Below, piece by piece: positions 11,196 to 23,194 of a stretch of 64,000 bases of DNA (its first letter is position 1; every line of letters starts with the position of its first letter). Both the position numbers and the translations under genes were made by a program. This DNA comes from Anolis carolinensis (lineage: Eukaryota): NCBI RefSeq assembly GCF_035594765.1, contig NW_026943820.1, forward strand, positions 13,214,647 through 13,278,646, in the 5' to 3' direction. Below the pieces are notes generated by a model. That model searched no databases. It worked only from the letters and a program-made list of their open reading frames with translations, and had not been told where the DNA came from.

Positions 11196-11654
11196 GGGAC
11201 CGAGTAGAATGGACTTTGTTTGTTTTGTTTCCTTGGAGATGAGATAGAATGTTGGGAAAGGTGGCTGGTCAGTTGAGGTGTTGAGTGGCATTGGTCGGTT
11301 GAGGTGGTGAGTGGCAGTGTTCAGTTGAGGTGTTGAGTGGCATTGGTCGGTTGAGGTGGTGAGTGGCAGTGTTCAGTTGAGGTGTTGAGTGGCAGTGGTC
11401 AGTTGAGGTGGTGAGTGGCAGTGGTCGGTTGAGTTGGTGAGTGGCAGTGGTCGGTTGAGTTGGTGAGTGGCAGTGGTCGGTTGAGGTGGTCAGTTGAGGT
11501 GGTCAGTTGAGGAGATCACTTGTGGTTGTTTGCGGTGGAGAGATTTCGAGAGCGAGAGCGGTCTTGACAAGACAGGCGCCTACGACATCGATTCCCTTCT
11601 AGGCATATTTGCCATTTGCGCTGTTCTCTTGACTTTTTTGCCTATTTCTTAGTC

Positions 11655-14600
11655 ATGGTAAGTGTTGTTAAAACGGGACCTACTACTGCTTTGAAATGGG
11701 ATGAGCTTTTAAAACTAACGTGGCCGCTTTCTCCTTACCCTTCATTTATAGGTTACTTAGTTTTTCAGTTCTCTCTGAGTGAGATTCAAGGGGATTTTGG
11801 AACAAAATAATAAAAATATCCTTGAGATGTGGAAAGGAATGAAAGGCTTTGTAATGAATATGCGAGTAAAAGGAAAATGTGGCAATTTATACATGTTAAG
11901 ATTTTTGAATAGGAGGTTGGTGGCTTGTCCATGGTTTCAGGCACTGGGGATGACTCTTCAACGGGTTTGGTGATTTAGTTTAAACTGTCCAAGGTACGGA
12001 ACCTATTTTGGAATCGGGGCTCAGCACCTTGGGTAGCTCTTTTAAAATCCAGATTAAAGCTAAATTAAATTCACGATGTGCGGTGTGGATTTCTGCTGCC
12101 TCTTTTTTTGGCCGTCCCAAAAATCCCAGCATCTTTGGATGACTGCATATTTGAATATTTGAAAAGGGGAAGGAAACACTTTCAACATCCCATGTAGACA
12201 TTGATGAACTTCTTATCCATTCTCTTCCTAATCCTTGGAAGCTTTCACCCAAAAGATATGATTTTGGAAACAGTTCAAGGAAAAACCTATCGAGAAGGTG
12301 CCCTAAAATAATTTTCCAAGGCATAGTGGATCATTTTGCCCCAATTTCACTTGGCCTTCATCGTCTTTTGGAGGTTGTTTGTTGGCCTTTCCCAGAGCCT
12401 GAGTGTGACTTCCTCCAAGTCTTCCTGTGACCTCTTTCAAGATTTTAGAGCAGTGGTTCTCAACCTGGGTCCCCAGATGTTTTTGGCCTTCAACTCCCAA
12501 AAATCTTAACAGCTGGTAAACTGGCTGGGGTTTCTGGGAGTTGTAGGCCAAAAACATCTGGGGTCCAGGTTGAGAACCACCTCAGTTTTAGAGGCTGTGT
12601 TGTAAGACTAGAGAGCTATGTGGTATAGTGGTTTGAGTGTTGGATCAGGATGCAAGGAAACCAGGGCTCAAATCCCCATTTGTTTTGGCCATAGCAAGCC
12701 ACTGGGTGACTCTGGGCAATACTGGAGGGAATTGGGTGCCTGAGACCATAAGAAATACGTGTTTTCTGATGGTCTTTGGAGACCCTTCTGAAATCTCCTA
12801 ATAATAATAACAATTATAATAATAATAGTTTTATTCGGAAGGTCATCCTACTCGGACACGAGTGATTGCCGATGACATGAATAGTTTTATTTCCCCCCCG
12901 CCTCTCCTGATGGCTTGAGGGGGGTTATAGCATGACTAAAGCGTAAACAAACACATCATCATTTTAAAACAATCTATTATATATATATATATCAAAACAT
13001 ATTTCGACAAAACAAAACTTGCATACAGTATTTGAATACATCATTTAAAATGTGATATAGCAGGCTGTCCTACCTGTGAACACAATTTTTTGCAGTTTAA
13101 TACACTTTTCCCCATTTTAATGATAGAACCAATTCATATTATTAATATTAATATTAATGCCCCTTTTTATCTCCCCGGAAGGGGACCTTTTGTTTATTTC
13201 TTCATAGAATGGGAATTCCACCAAGCAGAGTTAAGGCTCCTTCTTCCGCTATTTTCTTGCATCGGGGTGAAATTCGGTCATGTCCCCGATTTTGCTTTAG
13301 GACTCACCGGCGTGTTTTTCTTCTTTTGCAGCCGAAAGGCAGTGAGACCAAATCTGGAAGAAAAGGCAAGAGTCCTCAGGGCCCTGTCCCCGGTACATCC
13401 AGGAGCAAGCCCATCCAGAGCGGCGAAGACAAACTGCATGACTTGGACCCGGAGAGCTTCAACATAGTAGGTTTTCCTCTGACTGAATGTGGATAGTGAG
13501 GGGAAGCAGGTAGAAGGCGCCGACTTCCCAGATCTTGGGAGTTGGAGACACGGAAGAATTTAGAACTTGTGCTGCCTTCTGACTCTAACCATTTAAGGCT
13601 CCTTCTCTCAAGAGCCAGATATAGGGAATAGCAATGGAACGGGGAGGTTGAAAGTAACCCCGACTCCTTCCACCCCACTCTGGGCCACCATATGGCTAAG
13701 AGATAGGCTTGCTCTCTGCTTGCTCTCCTTTTCAGTGCAAAGAGAGGATGCGGCCGGTGAAGAAAGCGCTGAAGCAGCTGGTCAATCCGAAGAGAGGGCT
13801 GTCTGAGAAGGATCAGGTGGAGCACATCCGGAGGTGCCTCCTGGAGATCGGTGACCACATCTCCGAGTGCTTGAAGGCGTTCTCGGAGCAGGAGGAGCTC
13901 AAGCTCTGGAGAGGGTAAGCCAGGCCTCCCGTCCCTGGGCTCAAGGGACACAAGAGGGAAAGCCTGGCCAGCACGGAGGGAACACACTCCCTTTCATGTC
14001 CCCAGGAACCTCTGGATCTTTGCCTCCAAGTTCACAGACTGTGATGCGAGGAAGCTGCACAACCTGTACAAGAGGGTGCACAAGAAGCGGTCCCAGGAGG
14101 AGGAGGAGGTGAGACGGAGACATTGAAAGAGGGGAGGGTGCTACAGACCGTGGGGACTCAAAGGAGTGAGACTTCTGCATAGAGAAACAAGCAGGCGATC
14201 CCAGAAGCAAGAAACGTGTCCTCTAGGAAAACCTACAGGCATTTGTTTGCCTGGAACAGTTTTGGTCTTTTGGGACTCTTTCAATATATTCAAGGCAGGG
14301 GCAGCTGGGGATTGCAATCCAAGCTTTGGTCTCAATTACTGATCCTTTCTCCAGTGGTTTAGGTTTTTGGATAGCCCCAAGGTTAGATTAGAACTCAGAA
14401 TAGCTAGAGACAGATGAATAGCTAGATATACAGACCAGCAGTCTGTTTATTAGTTGATTCACTTATTAAGGCAGTACTAGGAGGGTGCATTCTTCAGTTC
14501 CAATGTTAAAGAACTATCCCAGGGATTTAACTCTATCCCCTTGGATGCAACGCCTTTGAAAGTTCTACTAAAGTTCCGATTAGAGTGGTTTTACTGTCTC

Positions 14601-14831
14601 AAGGGGGAAAAAAGATAGAAACACCACCAACTGTGGTTCAGGTGGTTTGGTCAAGGCCTAGAAATCTCTTTTGGCCAGATCACTGTCGTGTTTGTCACCA
14701 AGGCCTCTCTTTGCTCTCAGTGGAAACAGCAGAAGAAAGAAGAGGCCACCGGAGCCAAGAAGATGTCTCGCCCGGAGCACTGTGGGTCCAGCTTGTATTC
14801 CGTTTTGTCTCCCTTGCCCAACGCCACTTCA

Positions 14832-14873
<42 letters not shown>

Positions 14874-16121
14874 CCTCTTCCTCCTCCTCCTCCTCCTCCT
14901 CCTCCTCCTCCAAAGGTCCAGCATCCACAGCCCCATCCTTCTCAGATACATGGGCAACAGTGTGACAACTACAGCTACCCGAAGAAAAGGCCTTTCAGTA
15001 ATTCGGGTAAGGGACCAAACGGAAGCTGGCACAACATGAGACAGCAAAACCAAGCAAATCCCTTTCCTTGGCTCATGTATAAGTCTATAAATCTAATCAC
15101 GTGGCTCCCAAAGCTCTTGGCTTTACCGAAGAGTTTCCCTTTTCTTTCCTGCAGACCGAAGCGACTGGCAGCGGGAGCGCAAGCTCAGCTACGGCGGCAA
15201 CTCCAGGCAAGGACGGGGTGGAGAACGGCACCATCCGTACGAGCAGCACAGGCACAAGGAGCACCACGATGGAGACCGCCGCCCACGCGAGGAACCTCAT
15301 TGCAGCTCGGAGAGCTACCAGCCCAAGACCCCCTCTCGCAAGCGGCCCCATGAGCAGGACAACAGTGACCGGGACCACCGGGGCCACCGTGACTCCTATG
15401 ACCGGTGAGAATTAACTTCTCTTGTTCTCGGGATTCAGCATTCAACAGGCTTCGTGTCCCCTCTCTCATCCAAGAGCTTGGGGAAGTTACTTTCTAGGAC
15501 TACAGCTCTCTGAACCCAGTTGGCCATTGTGTCAAATGAGGCTGAATTGAATGGTGGGTCAAAATGGATCTTGTCATGAATTGTGTTGCTGAGGCTTGGA
15601 TAAGTCATAAGCTTGGTGATAAAAGTGCCAGCTGCCTTTTTAAGAGCAGGGGGTGTCCTCCAAATGTTGCTAAGCAGGACTCCTTCAGGTTCAGTCCAAG
15701 AACATCTAGATTTACAGGAATGTGATTCCTAAGACCTCAAAGGGGGCCATGTTGCTGAGTGGCTTCTTCTGATTCCTCTCTGCGGTTGTCTCTTGTCCTG
15801 TCCAGGCACCACCATGATCCCAAGCGGCGAAGAACCGAAGAGATCCGTCCTCACCAGCAAGAATTCAGGCGGATGTCGGACCCCATCGGCTACCACGGCC
15901 AGGGGCCTTCAGACCACCACCGCTCTTTCCGCCCGGAGAAGTCTGGTGATTCTAAGATGTCCTCTGCTCCTCCCTCCAAGTACTACGATCCTCGCTCCCC
16001 ACATGCACAGAAAGCCCCACATGAAGCCATGTCTGTCTTTGAACACCGGTCCCCCCTGCAAGGGTTATATAGGGATCAGAAGATCAGTCCTGGATATAAC
16101 TGGCGCAGCCGGAAGACATAA
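11655..16121 (+). CDS. CHD2 C-terminus-derived (CHCT/DUF4208) protein, copy 2, predicted 423 aa, fully readable
   Basis: Exons 11655-11657, 13332-13466, 13736-13914, 14006-14108, 14721-15006, 15155-15404, 15806-16121; all GT-AG with matching phases; [41 protein letters not shown] and YNWRSRKT* match the CHD2 C-terminus. The start exon is inferred. Confidence 0.75.
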
Positions 16122-18703
16122 GAACCCGGAGATTAGATTTATTTATTTTCTCTTTTTGTAGGTAGTCTGTCAGTAGTTTCCAGTCCGTTCTATGAATTGA
16201 TGTTCTATCCTGGGCCAATTTTTGTGTCAGGAAGTCCACATTCATTATGTCCAACACTTTAGAAATCCATTTTTCAATACTAGGTATTTTATCCTTTGTA
16301 ATTGCATAGATCACTAAACCTTTACTTTTTAAGGTTGCCTTCTCAATAGTCATTTTTTATATACATATTTATTTTCTCTTTTTGTAGGTAATCTGTAAGT
16401 AGTTTCCATTCCGCTCTATTAATTGATGTTCTATCCTGGGCCAATTTTTGTGTCAGGAAAGCCATATTCATTATGTCCAAGTCTTTAGAAATCCATTTTT
16501 CAATACTAGGTATTTCTTGAAATTTCCATTCCTGTGCCAGAGTAGCCGCTGTTGTAAAATAGAATATAATCCTATCTGTGTTTTTATCTACCTGTGGATT
16601 TGTGATTCCAAATAAAAATATTTATGATTTAAATTCAAATTGTTCCTGTAAATTTTTTGTCATTTTTTTTATACCACGTACCAGACCTTTTTTACCCTTT
16701 TGCACTCCCGCCACATGTGGATGAAAGTGCCGATATTCTTTCCACTTTCCCAGCACTTTCCATTTGTTTTTCCTTTATTATACAAAGCCAGTTTTTTTGG
16801 AGTTAACTGCCACATGTAGAACATTTTGTGCCAATTCTCCTCGATCTCTGCTGCATATGCCTATCCTGGCTTCTTTGTCCATATCTCCTCCCATGCAAAT
16901 GGTGTGTCCTACTTCTCTGGCCCATTTTATCATCACTTCCTTTACTTGTTCCTCCTCTGTCGCCCAGGTAAGTAATTGCCTAGAGATTATTTTTATTAAT
17001 TTACTAGCTTGGGGACCCGGCGATGCCTGGGTCATTTGAGAAAGGCATTGTTTGCATGTGTTCCAAGTGTAATCAATATCCAATGTCAGCTGGGTTCAGT
17101 GGGTGTAGGTGAACTCCAACTCCCATTTGCAAGTCTCATCGTCCAGTGTCCATCCCCCTCCAAACAGCGCCAGGATGTAGAGTAGGTCATGGGGGCTCTA
17201 TGTACCAAGTTTGGTCTTGATCAGTCATTTGTGTGGGTCGCGGTGCTCTCAAGAAGTGAGTGAAGTTATAGCAAGTCCCATCATCCGTGGTCCCTCCTCC
17301 TCCAAACTTCACCAGGATGTAAAGTGGGCCACCCTGCACCTGTGTGTCAATTTGGTCCAGTTTCATCATTCGTAGGCATGACAGTGGTCTGTGGGAGGTG
17401 AATTGGATGAAGGTACTGCAGATCCCATAATCCTTGGTCCATCCTCCGCCAAACTGCTGCAGCATGTAAAGTGTGTCATTTGGGGTATGTGTGCCTGGTT
17501 GAGTTCAGTTCTGTGATTCGTGGCAGTTGCTATATGCAACCATCTCAAAATAACACAACACACCAGACATCACAGTTGTGGAAAAGAAAAAGGTTTGGAT
17601 CATTGATGTTGCCATCCCAGATGAGAGTTGCATTGACGAAAAACAACAGGAAAAACTCAGCCGCTATCAGGACCTCAGGATTGAATTGCAAAGACTCTGG
17701 CAGAAACCAGTGCAGGTGGTCCTGGTGGTGATGGGCACACTGGGTGCCGTGCCAAAAGATCTCAGCCGGCATTTGGAAACAATAGACGTTGACAAAATTA
17801 CGATCCGTCAACTGCAAAAGGCCACCCTACTGGGATCTGCGCGCATCATCTGAAAATACATCACACAGTCCTAGACACTTGGGAAGTGTTCAACTTGTGG
17901 TTTTGTGATATGAAATCCAGCATATCTTTCTTGTTTGCTGTGTCATAATAAAATATTATTATTATTAATAATAATACCAATAATAATAATGCAGCATTTG
18001 TGTCCTATTTTTCTCCAGAGGTGACATCTGACACTCAAACCAATCAGAATATTTAATTTATGTGCCACTTCTCTCCCATAATGGAGCCAACTTGCCCAGT
18101 TTCTGATTCAAAGAAGGATTGATAGATATTTCATTGATTTATTTCATTGGCTGTTGGATTGGGACCCAGGACAGCTCAGTTGAAACCAGTAGACTTTCAA
18201 ACCACAGTTCAAACCATCGCAAGGGACGTGATTGGCCAGATGGGACCGAGTAGAATGGACTTTGTTTGTTTTGTTTCCTTGGAGATGAGATAGAATGTTG
18301 GGAAAGGTGGCTGGTCAGTTGAGGTGTTGAGTGGCATTGGTCGGTTGAGGTGGTGAGTGGCAGTGTTCAGTTGAGGTGTTGAGTGGCATTGGTTGGTTGA
18401 GGTGGTGAGTGGCAGTGTTCAGTTGAGGTGTTGAGTGGCAGTGGTCAGTTGAGGTGGTGAGTGGCAGTGGTCGGTTGAGTTGGTGAGTGGCAGTGGTCGG
18501 TTGAGTTGGTGAGTGGCAGTGGTCGGTTGAGGTGGTCAGTTGAGGTGGTCAGTTGAGGAGATCACTTGTTGTGGTTGTTTGCGGTGGAGAGATTTCGAGA
18601 GCGAGAGCGGTCTTGACAAGACAGGCGCCTACGACATCGATTCCCTTCTAGGCATATTTGCCATTTGCGCTGTTCTCTTGACTTTTTTGCCTATTTCTTA
18701 GTC

Positions 18704-21700
18704 ATGGTAAGTGTTGTTAAAACGGGACCTACTACTGCTTTGAAATGGGATGAGCTTTTAAAACTAACGTGGCTGCTTTCTCCTTACCCTTCATTTATAG
18801 GTTACTTAGTTTTTCAGTTCTCTCTGAGTGAGATTCAAGGGGATTTTGGAACAAAATAATAAAAATATCCTTGAGATGTAGAAAGGAATGAAAGGCTTTG
18901 TAATGAATATGCGAGTAAAAGGAAAATGTGGCAATTTATACATGTTAAGATTTTTGAATAGGAGGTTGGTGGCTTGTCTATGGTTTCAGGCACTGGGGAT
19001 GACTCTTCAACGGGTTTGGTGATTTAGTTTAAACTGTCCAAGGTACGGAACCTATTTTGGAATCGGGGCTCAGCACCTTGGGTAGCTCTTTTAAGATCCA
19101 GATTAAAGCTAAATTAAATTCACGATGTGCGGTGTGGATTTCTGCTGCCTCTTTTTTTGGCCGTCCCAAAAATCCCAGCATCTTTGGATGACTGCATCTT
19201 TGAATATTTGAAAAGGGGAAGGAAACACTTTCAACATCCCATGTAGACATTGATGAACTTCTTATCCATTCTCTTCCTAATCCTTGGAAGCTTTCACCCA
19301 AAAGATATGATTTTGGAAACAGTTCAAGGAAAAACCTATCGAGAAGGTGCCCTAAAATAATTTTCCAAGGCATAGTGGATCATTTTGCCCCAATTTCACT
19401 TGGCCTTCATCGTCTTTTGGAGGTTGTTTGTTGGCCTTTCCCAGAGCCTGAGTGTGACTTCCTCCAAGTCTTCCTGTGACCTCTTTCAAGATTTTAGAGC
19501 AGTGGTTCTCAACCTGGGTCCCCAGATGTTTTTGGCCTTCAACTCCCAAAAATCTTAACAGCTGGTAAACTGGCTGGGGTTTCTGGGAGTTGTAGGCCAA
19601 AAACATCTGGGGTCCAGGTTGAGAACCACCTCAGTTTTAGAGGCTGTGTTGTAAGACTAGAGAGCTATGTGGTATAGTGGTTTGAGTGTTGGATCAGGAT
19701 GCAAGGAGACCAGGGCTCAAATCCCCATTTGTTTTGGCCATAGCAACCCACTGGGTGACTCTGGGCAATACTGGAGGGAATTGGGTGCCTGAGACCATAA
19801 GAAATACGTGTTTTCTGATGGTCTTTGGAGACCCTTCTGAAATCTCCTAATAATAATAACAATTATAATAATAATAGTTTTATTCGGAAGGTCATCCTAC
19901 TCGGACACGAGTGATTGCCGATGACATGAATAGTTTTATTTCCCCCCCGCCTCTCCTGATGGCTTGAGGGGGGTTATAGCATGACTAAAGCGTAAACAAA
20001 CACATCATCATTTTAAAACAATCTATTATATATATATATATCAAAACATATTTCGACAAAACAAAACTTGCATACAGTATTTGAATACATCATTTAAAAT
20101 GTGATATAGCAGGCTGTCCTACCTGTGAACACAATTTTTTGCAGTTTAATACACTTTTCCCCATTTTAATGATAGAACCAATTCATATTATTAATATTAA
20201 TATTAATGCCCCTTTTTATCTCCCCGGAAGGGGACCTTTTGTTTATTTCTTCATAGAATGGGAATTCCACCAAGCAGAGTTAAGGCTCCTTCTTCCGCTA
20301 TTTTCTTGCATCGGGGTGAAATTCGGTCATGTCCCCGATTTTGCTTTAGGACTCACCGGCGTGTTTTTCTTCTTTTGCAGCCGAAAGGCAGTGAGACCAA
20401 ATCTGGAAGAAAAGGCAAGAGTCCTCAGGGCCCTGTCCCCGGTACATCCAGGAGCAAGCCCATCCAGAGCGGCGAAGACAAACTGCATGACTTGGACCCG
20501 GAGAGCTTCAACATAGTAGGTTTTCCTCTGACTGAATGTGGATAGTGAGGGGAAGCAGGTAGAAGGCGCCGACTTCCCAGATCTTGGGAGTTGGAGACAC
20601 GGAAGAATTTAGAACTTGTGCTGCCTTCTGACTCTAACCATTTAAGGCTCCTTCTCTCAAGAGCCAGATATAGGGAATAGCAATGGAACGGGGAGGTTGA
20701 AAGTAACCCCGACTCCTTCCACCCCACTCTGGGCCACCATATGGCTAAGAGATAGGCTTGCTCTCTGCTTGCTCTCCTTTTCAGTGCAAAGAGAGGATGC
20801 GGCCGGTGAAGAAAGCGCTGAAGCAGCTGGTCAATCCGAAGAGAGGGCTGTCTGAGAAGGATCAGGTGGAGCACATCCGGAGGTGCCTCCTGGAGATCGG
20901 TGACCACATCTCCGAGTGCTTGAAGGCGTTCTCGGAGCAGGAGGAGCTCAAGCTCTGGAGAGGGTAAGCCAGGCCTCCCGTCCCTGGGCTCAAGGGACAC
21001 AAGAGGGAAAGCCTGGCCAGCACGGAGGGAACACACTCCCTTTCATGTCCCCAGGAACCTCTGGATCTTTGCCTCCAAGTTCACAGACTGTGATGCGAGG
21101 AAGCTGCACAACCTGTACAAGAGGGTGCACAAGAAGCGGTCCCAGGAGGAGGAGGTGAGACGGAGACATCAAAAGAGGGGAGGGTGCTACAGACCGTGGG
21201 GACTCAAAGGAGTGAGACTTCTGCATAGAGAAACAAGCAGGCGATCCCAGAAGCAAGAAACGTGTCCTCTAGGAAAACCTACAGGCATTTGTTTGCCTGG
21301 AACAGTTTTGGTCTTTTGGGACTCTTTCAATATATTCAAGGCAGGGGCAGCTGGGGATTGCAATCCAAGCTTTGGTCTCAATTACTGATCCTTTCTCCAG
21401 TGGTTTAGGTTTTTGGATAGCCCCAAGGTTAGATTAGAACTCAGAATAGCTAGAGACAGATGAATAGCTAGATATACAGACCAGCAGTCTGTTTATTAGT
21501 TGATTCACTTATTAAGGCAGTACTAGGAGGGTGTATTCTTCAGTTCCAATGTTAAAGAACTATCCCAGGGATTTAACTCTATCCCCTTGGATGCAACGCC
21601 TTTGAAAGTTCTACTAAAGTTCCGATGAGAGTGGTTTTACTGTCTCAAGGGGGAAAAAAGATAGAAACACCACCAACTGTGGTTCAGGTGGTTTGGTCAA

Positions 21701-23194
21701 GGCCTAGAAATCTCTTTTGGCCAGATCACTGTCGTGTTTGTCACCAAGGCCTCTCTTTGCTCTCAGTGGAAACAGCAGAAGAAAGAAGAGGCCACCGGAG
21801 CCAAGAAGATGTTTCGCCCGGAGCACTGTGGGTCCAGCTTGGATTCCGTTTTGTCTCCCTTGCNNNNNNNNNNNNNNNNNNNNNNNNNNNNNNNNNNNNN
21901 NNNNNNNNNNNNNNNNNNNNNNNNNNNNNNNNNNNNNNNNNNNNNNNNNNNNNNNNNNNNNNNNNNNNNNNNNNNNNNNNNNNNNNNNNNNNNNNNNNNN
22001 CAGCCCCATCCTTCTCAGATACATGGGCAACAGTGTGACAACTACAGCTACCCGAAGAAAAGGCCTTTCAGTAATTCGGGTAAGGGACCAAACGGAAGCT
22101 GGCACAACATGAGACAGCAAAACCAAGCAAATCCCTTTCCTTGGCTCATGTATAAGTCTATAAATCTAATCACGTGGCTCCCAAAGCTCTTGGCTTTACC
22201 GAAGAGTTTCCCTTTTCTTTCCTGCAGACCGAAGCGACTGGCAGCGGGAGCGCAAGCTCAGCTACGGCGGCAACTCCAGGCAAGGACGGGGTGGAGAACG
22301 GCACCATCCGTACGAGCAGCACAGGCACAAGGAGCACCACGATGGAGACCGCCGCCCACGCGAGGAACCTCATTGCAGCTCGGAGAGCTACCAGCCCAAG
22401 ACCCCCTCTCGCAAGCGGCCCCATGAGCAGGACAACAGTGACCGGGACCACCGGGGCCACCGTGACTCCTATGACCAGTGAGAATTAACTTCTCTTGTTC
22501 TCGGGATTCAGCATTCAACAGGCTTCGTGTCCCTTCTCTCATCCAAGAGCTTGGGGAAGTTACTTTCTAGGACTACAGCTCTCTGAACCCAGTTGGCCAT
22601 TGTGTCAAATGAGGCTGAATTGAATGGTGGGTCAAAATGGATCTTGTCATGAATTGTGTTGCTGAGGCTTGGATAAGTCATAAGCTTGGTGATAAAAGTG
22701 CCAGCTGCCTTTTTAAGAGCAGGGGGTGTCCTCCAAATGTTGCTAAGCAGGACTCCTTCAGGTTCAGTCCAAGAACATCTAGATTTACAGGAATGTGATT
22801 CCTAAGACCTCAAAGGGGGCCATGTTGCTGAGTGGCTTCTTCTGATTCCTCTCTGCGGTTGTCTCTTGTCCTGTCCAGGCACCACCATGATCCCAAGCGG
22901 CGAAGAACCGAAGAGATCCGTCCTCACCAGCAAGAATTCAGGCGGATGTCGGACCCCATCGGCTACCACGGCCAGGGGCCTTCAGACCACCACCGCTCTT
23001 TCCGCCCGGAGAAGTCTGGTGATTCTAAGATGTCCTCTGCTCCTCCCTCCAAGTACTACGATCCTCGCTCCCCACATGCACAGAAAGCCCCACATGAAGC
23101 CATGTCTGTCTTTGAACACCGGTCCCCCCTGCAAGGGTTATATAGGGATCAGAAGATCAGTCCTGGATATAACTGGCACAGCCGGAAGACATAA
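18704..23194 (+). CDS. CHD2 C-terminus-derived protein, copy 3 (~431 aa)
   Basis: Exons 18704-18706, 20381-20515, 20785-20963, 21055-21154, 21767-22079 (N-run 21864-22000, frame kept), 22228-22477, 22879-23194. Confidence 0.68.

Noticed and set aside
13376-13987. Recurrent 203-aa minus-strand ORF
   Set aside because: Antisense to exons 2-3, no recognisable domain, and broken in copy 6 by a change that is synonymous on the plus strand (CTG to CTA)
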